A stretch of 64,000 nt of DNA from Iphione sp. A-MEVVRFRX5 (taxonomy: Eukaryota). The position numbers and the translations under genes are program-made. Positions within the stretch are counted from its first letter, which is position 1; the number at the start of each line of letters is the position of its first letter. Positions 62,194-64,000 of the stretch are shown here, one piece after another. The DNA lies in the NCBI GenBank assembly GCA_976226885.1, contig OZ320313.1:70866001-70930000 (forward strand), in the 5' to 3' direction. The notes beneath the pieces are model-generated. The model was not told the origin of the DNA, did no database searches, and worked only from the letters and a program-made list of their open reading frames with translations.

Positions 62194-64000
62194 CTTCCTT
62201 AATATACGAAGCCTCTGGGAACGACGTTCCTTAATAACTAAGTGAGTGAAAACTATTACAACATAGGCAAAGAGACTGTTTTAACTAAGAGATATCATGG
62301 AACATGTCTTTTCGGAACAGAGGTATACCTGTACATATTGCTACACACAACACAACAAGGAATGGGATACAATTAGGCAGATACCTCTTTATTAAAAGAA
62401 AAATTCATGTGGAGTGGCAGGTAATATCGAACATACACATCATGACCATGTAGTTGCTTGGAGACCATCTCCAGGTGACTGGTTGTTGATCCGCAATATA
62501 TTCTAATAAATGACATTTATAATCACATATACAAGTTTGTACTTGTGTAAAGGTAAGCACAGCATCTTATCAATCAGGACATGGCATTTGCATCAATAAC
62601 ATGGAGACGTGCATTGATAAAATAGGCAAAAGTTTGCTTTAAACAGAAATGTGCACACGGAGAATGAACCTGATTTGTTGATAGCTTGAATACTGTATGG
62701 TCTGACTCGTTGATACCTTTAATACCAGTGGAATGCTGCCGTAATTTACCTTTCGATCGCGAATAGTGCACGTATTCCCCAATCTCTCCCACAGCATCCT
62801 TCGAGTTCGCATTCTATCAAATAACTCTTTATAAGATCAGTTCAGGATATTTTTGGAGCCTGAGAAATAATAGGTTTCTATTTTTTGCGCGTTAAATACA
62901 TATCTGATGAATGATGAATAACACACAACCTTAAAGGTACAGTGATAAGATGCTGACGATTAAAGTTTGTCTGGATAAGCGACATTCATCAACAATCACT
63001 ATTGGAAGTCATATATCCTCTACTCTGTTAATCATGCCTGAAGAAGTACACCAATCGCTTTGATCCACTCTTTTTGCTATACTTTTTAAGTTAGTCTCAC
63101 ACAATCCTCGGTTGAACGCCGTCCACGATTCAGCAGAGTAACTCAGACTATCCTGATAAAAAGTTATTTAATGCAGTGCCATAAAGAGGCTTCTGCCGCT
63201 TCTGCCATTTTCTGTTTGTCTGTCTTCCTCTATGATCTATCTTAAATATCTTGTGAACAGAGGATGGCATATGAGGTAGCATACACTCGCTAATAACTAA
63301 TTTGAAATAAAGATTCACGTAGGCGAGAAGTATTCCTGTTTTATTCCAAGTTCTCCTCAAATATTTCGATGTGTACCTACTCATCTCATACTGTTTAGAA
63401 GTATGTCGATTAGTAAATCCCTCGTAGAGGTGACTGCAAACGTCTTCATTAATTTACAAAGACCGACATTTTTAAGGCCAATATTAGTTTTTGTCCATGA
63501 ACACAAGAATGAATACAAATGAGAAACTTACACAAGTGTACCGAAACCTGGACTATTACAAATATGGGAATTAATTCGTACACTTCTCTTTTGGTCAGAT
63601 CTCTAAGCAACCAGTCTATTTGTTCATAGTCATTATTTACTGGTGCAGACCTGATGCATTTTGCATATCAATATGGCAGTTTTTTTAGGCCGTGGGCTTT
63701 GGTTTAGCTGTTACTGATAGGTATATCAAAGTTAAAGGATTTGGGGGTCTAAAAAGCTTAATTATTGATTGTTACAGCCTCACGGCGCAAAACTGCGACC
63801 CTCTAGTTTCTTTCTGGGGATCAGCCATCATTTTGAGTCGGGCACAGGGCTCTGTAAGTCATCAGTCAGACTGCCATCACTTACCACGACTGCTTCTGCC
63901 ACACACCGACAGGCCAATGTGTCTTTCTGTTGTCTTCAATCTGATTTTATGAGCAGGCCATGGAGTGAACGGGACAGCAGGAAATGATCTCCACATTTTC

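Overview
Eukaryotic (animal) genomic DNA with two N gaps. The abundant TACATGTA octamers and GC-rich exons in AT-rich introns suggest an amphioxus-like invertebrate, but this is an inference. One host gene is recognisable: TANGO6 (TMCO7/Rtp1 family) on the minus strand. Four spliced exons could be placed (53979-53854, 33929-32891, 28647-28496, 28335-28222), all with GT-AG sites and consistent phases; the introns are 19.9 kb, 4.2 kb and 160 bp. The more 5' exons and the final exon were not found in the window. Most of the rest is transposon-derived. (i) A near full-length I-group (I/Nimb-like) non-LTR retrotransposon at about 12.4-17.7 kb: ORF1 with three zinc knuckles, ORF2 with APE-RT-RNase H-CCHC, an ATGA stop/start overlap, two 3' hairpins and a (GAA)n tail, inactivated by only a few lesions. 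(ii) A heavily decayed CR1/L2-group LINE at about 41.5-44.3 kb. (iii) A possible ancient coding remnant at 3.5-6 kb. (iv) Several TA- and TTAA-flanked MITEs plus mini- and microsatellites. The most notable non-obvious signal is a complete minimal type I hammerhead ribozyme motif of the Penelope-like-element kind (49897-49858, minus strand), in sense orientation within the large TANGO6 intron. I found no CRISPR array, rRNA or tRNA, and no clearly new multi-gene system that the sequence alone can support.
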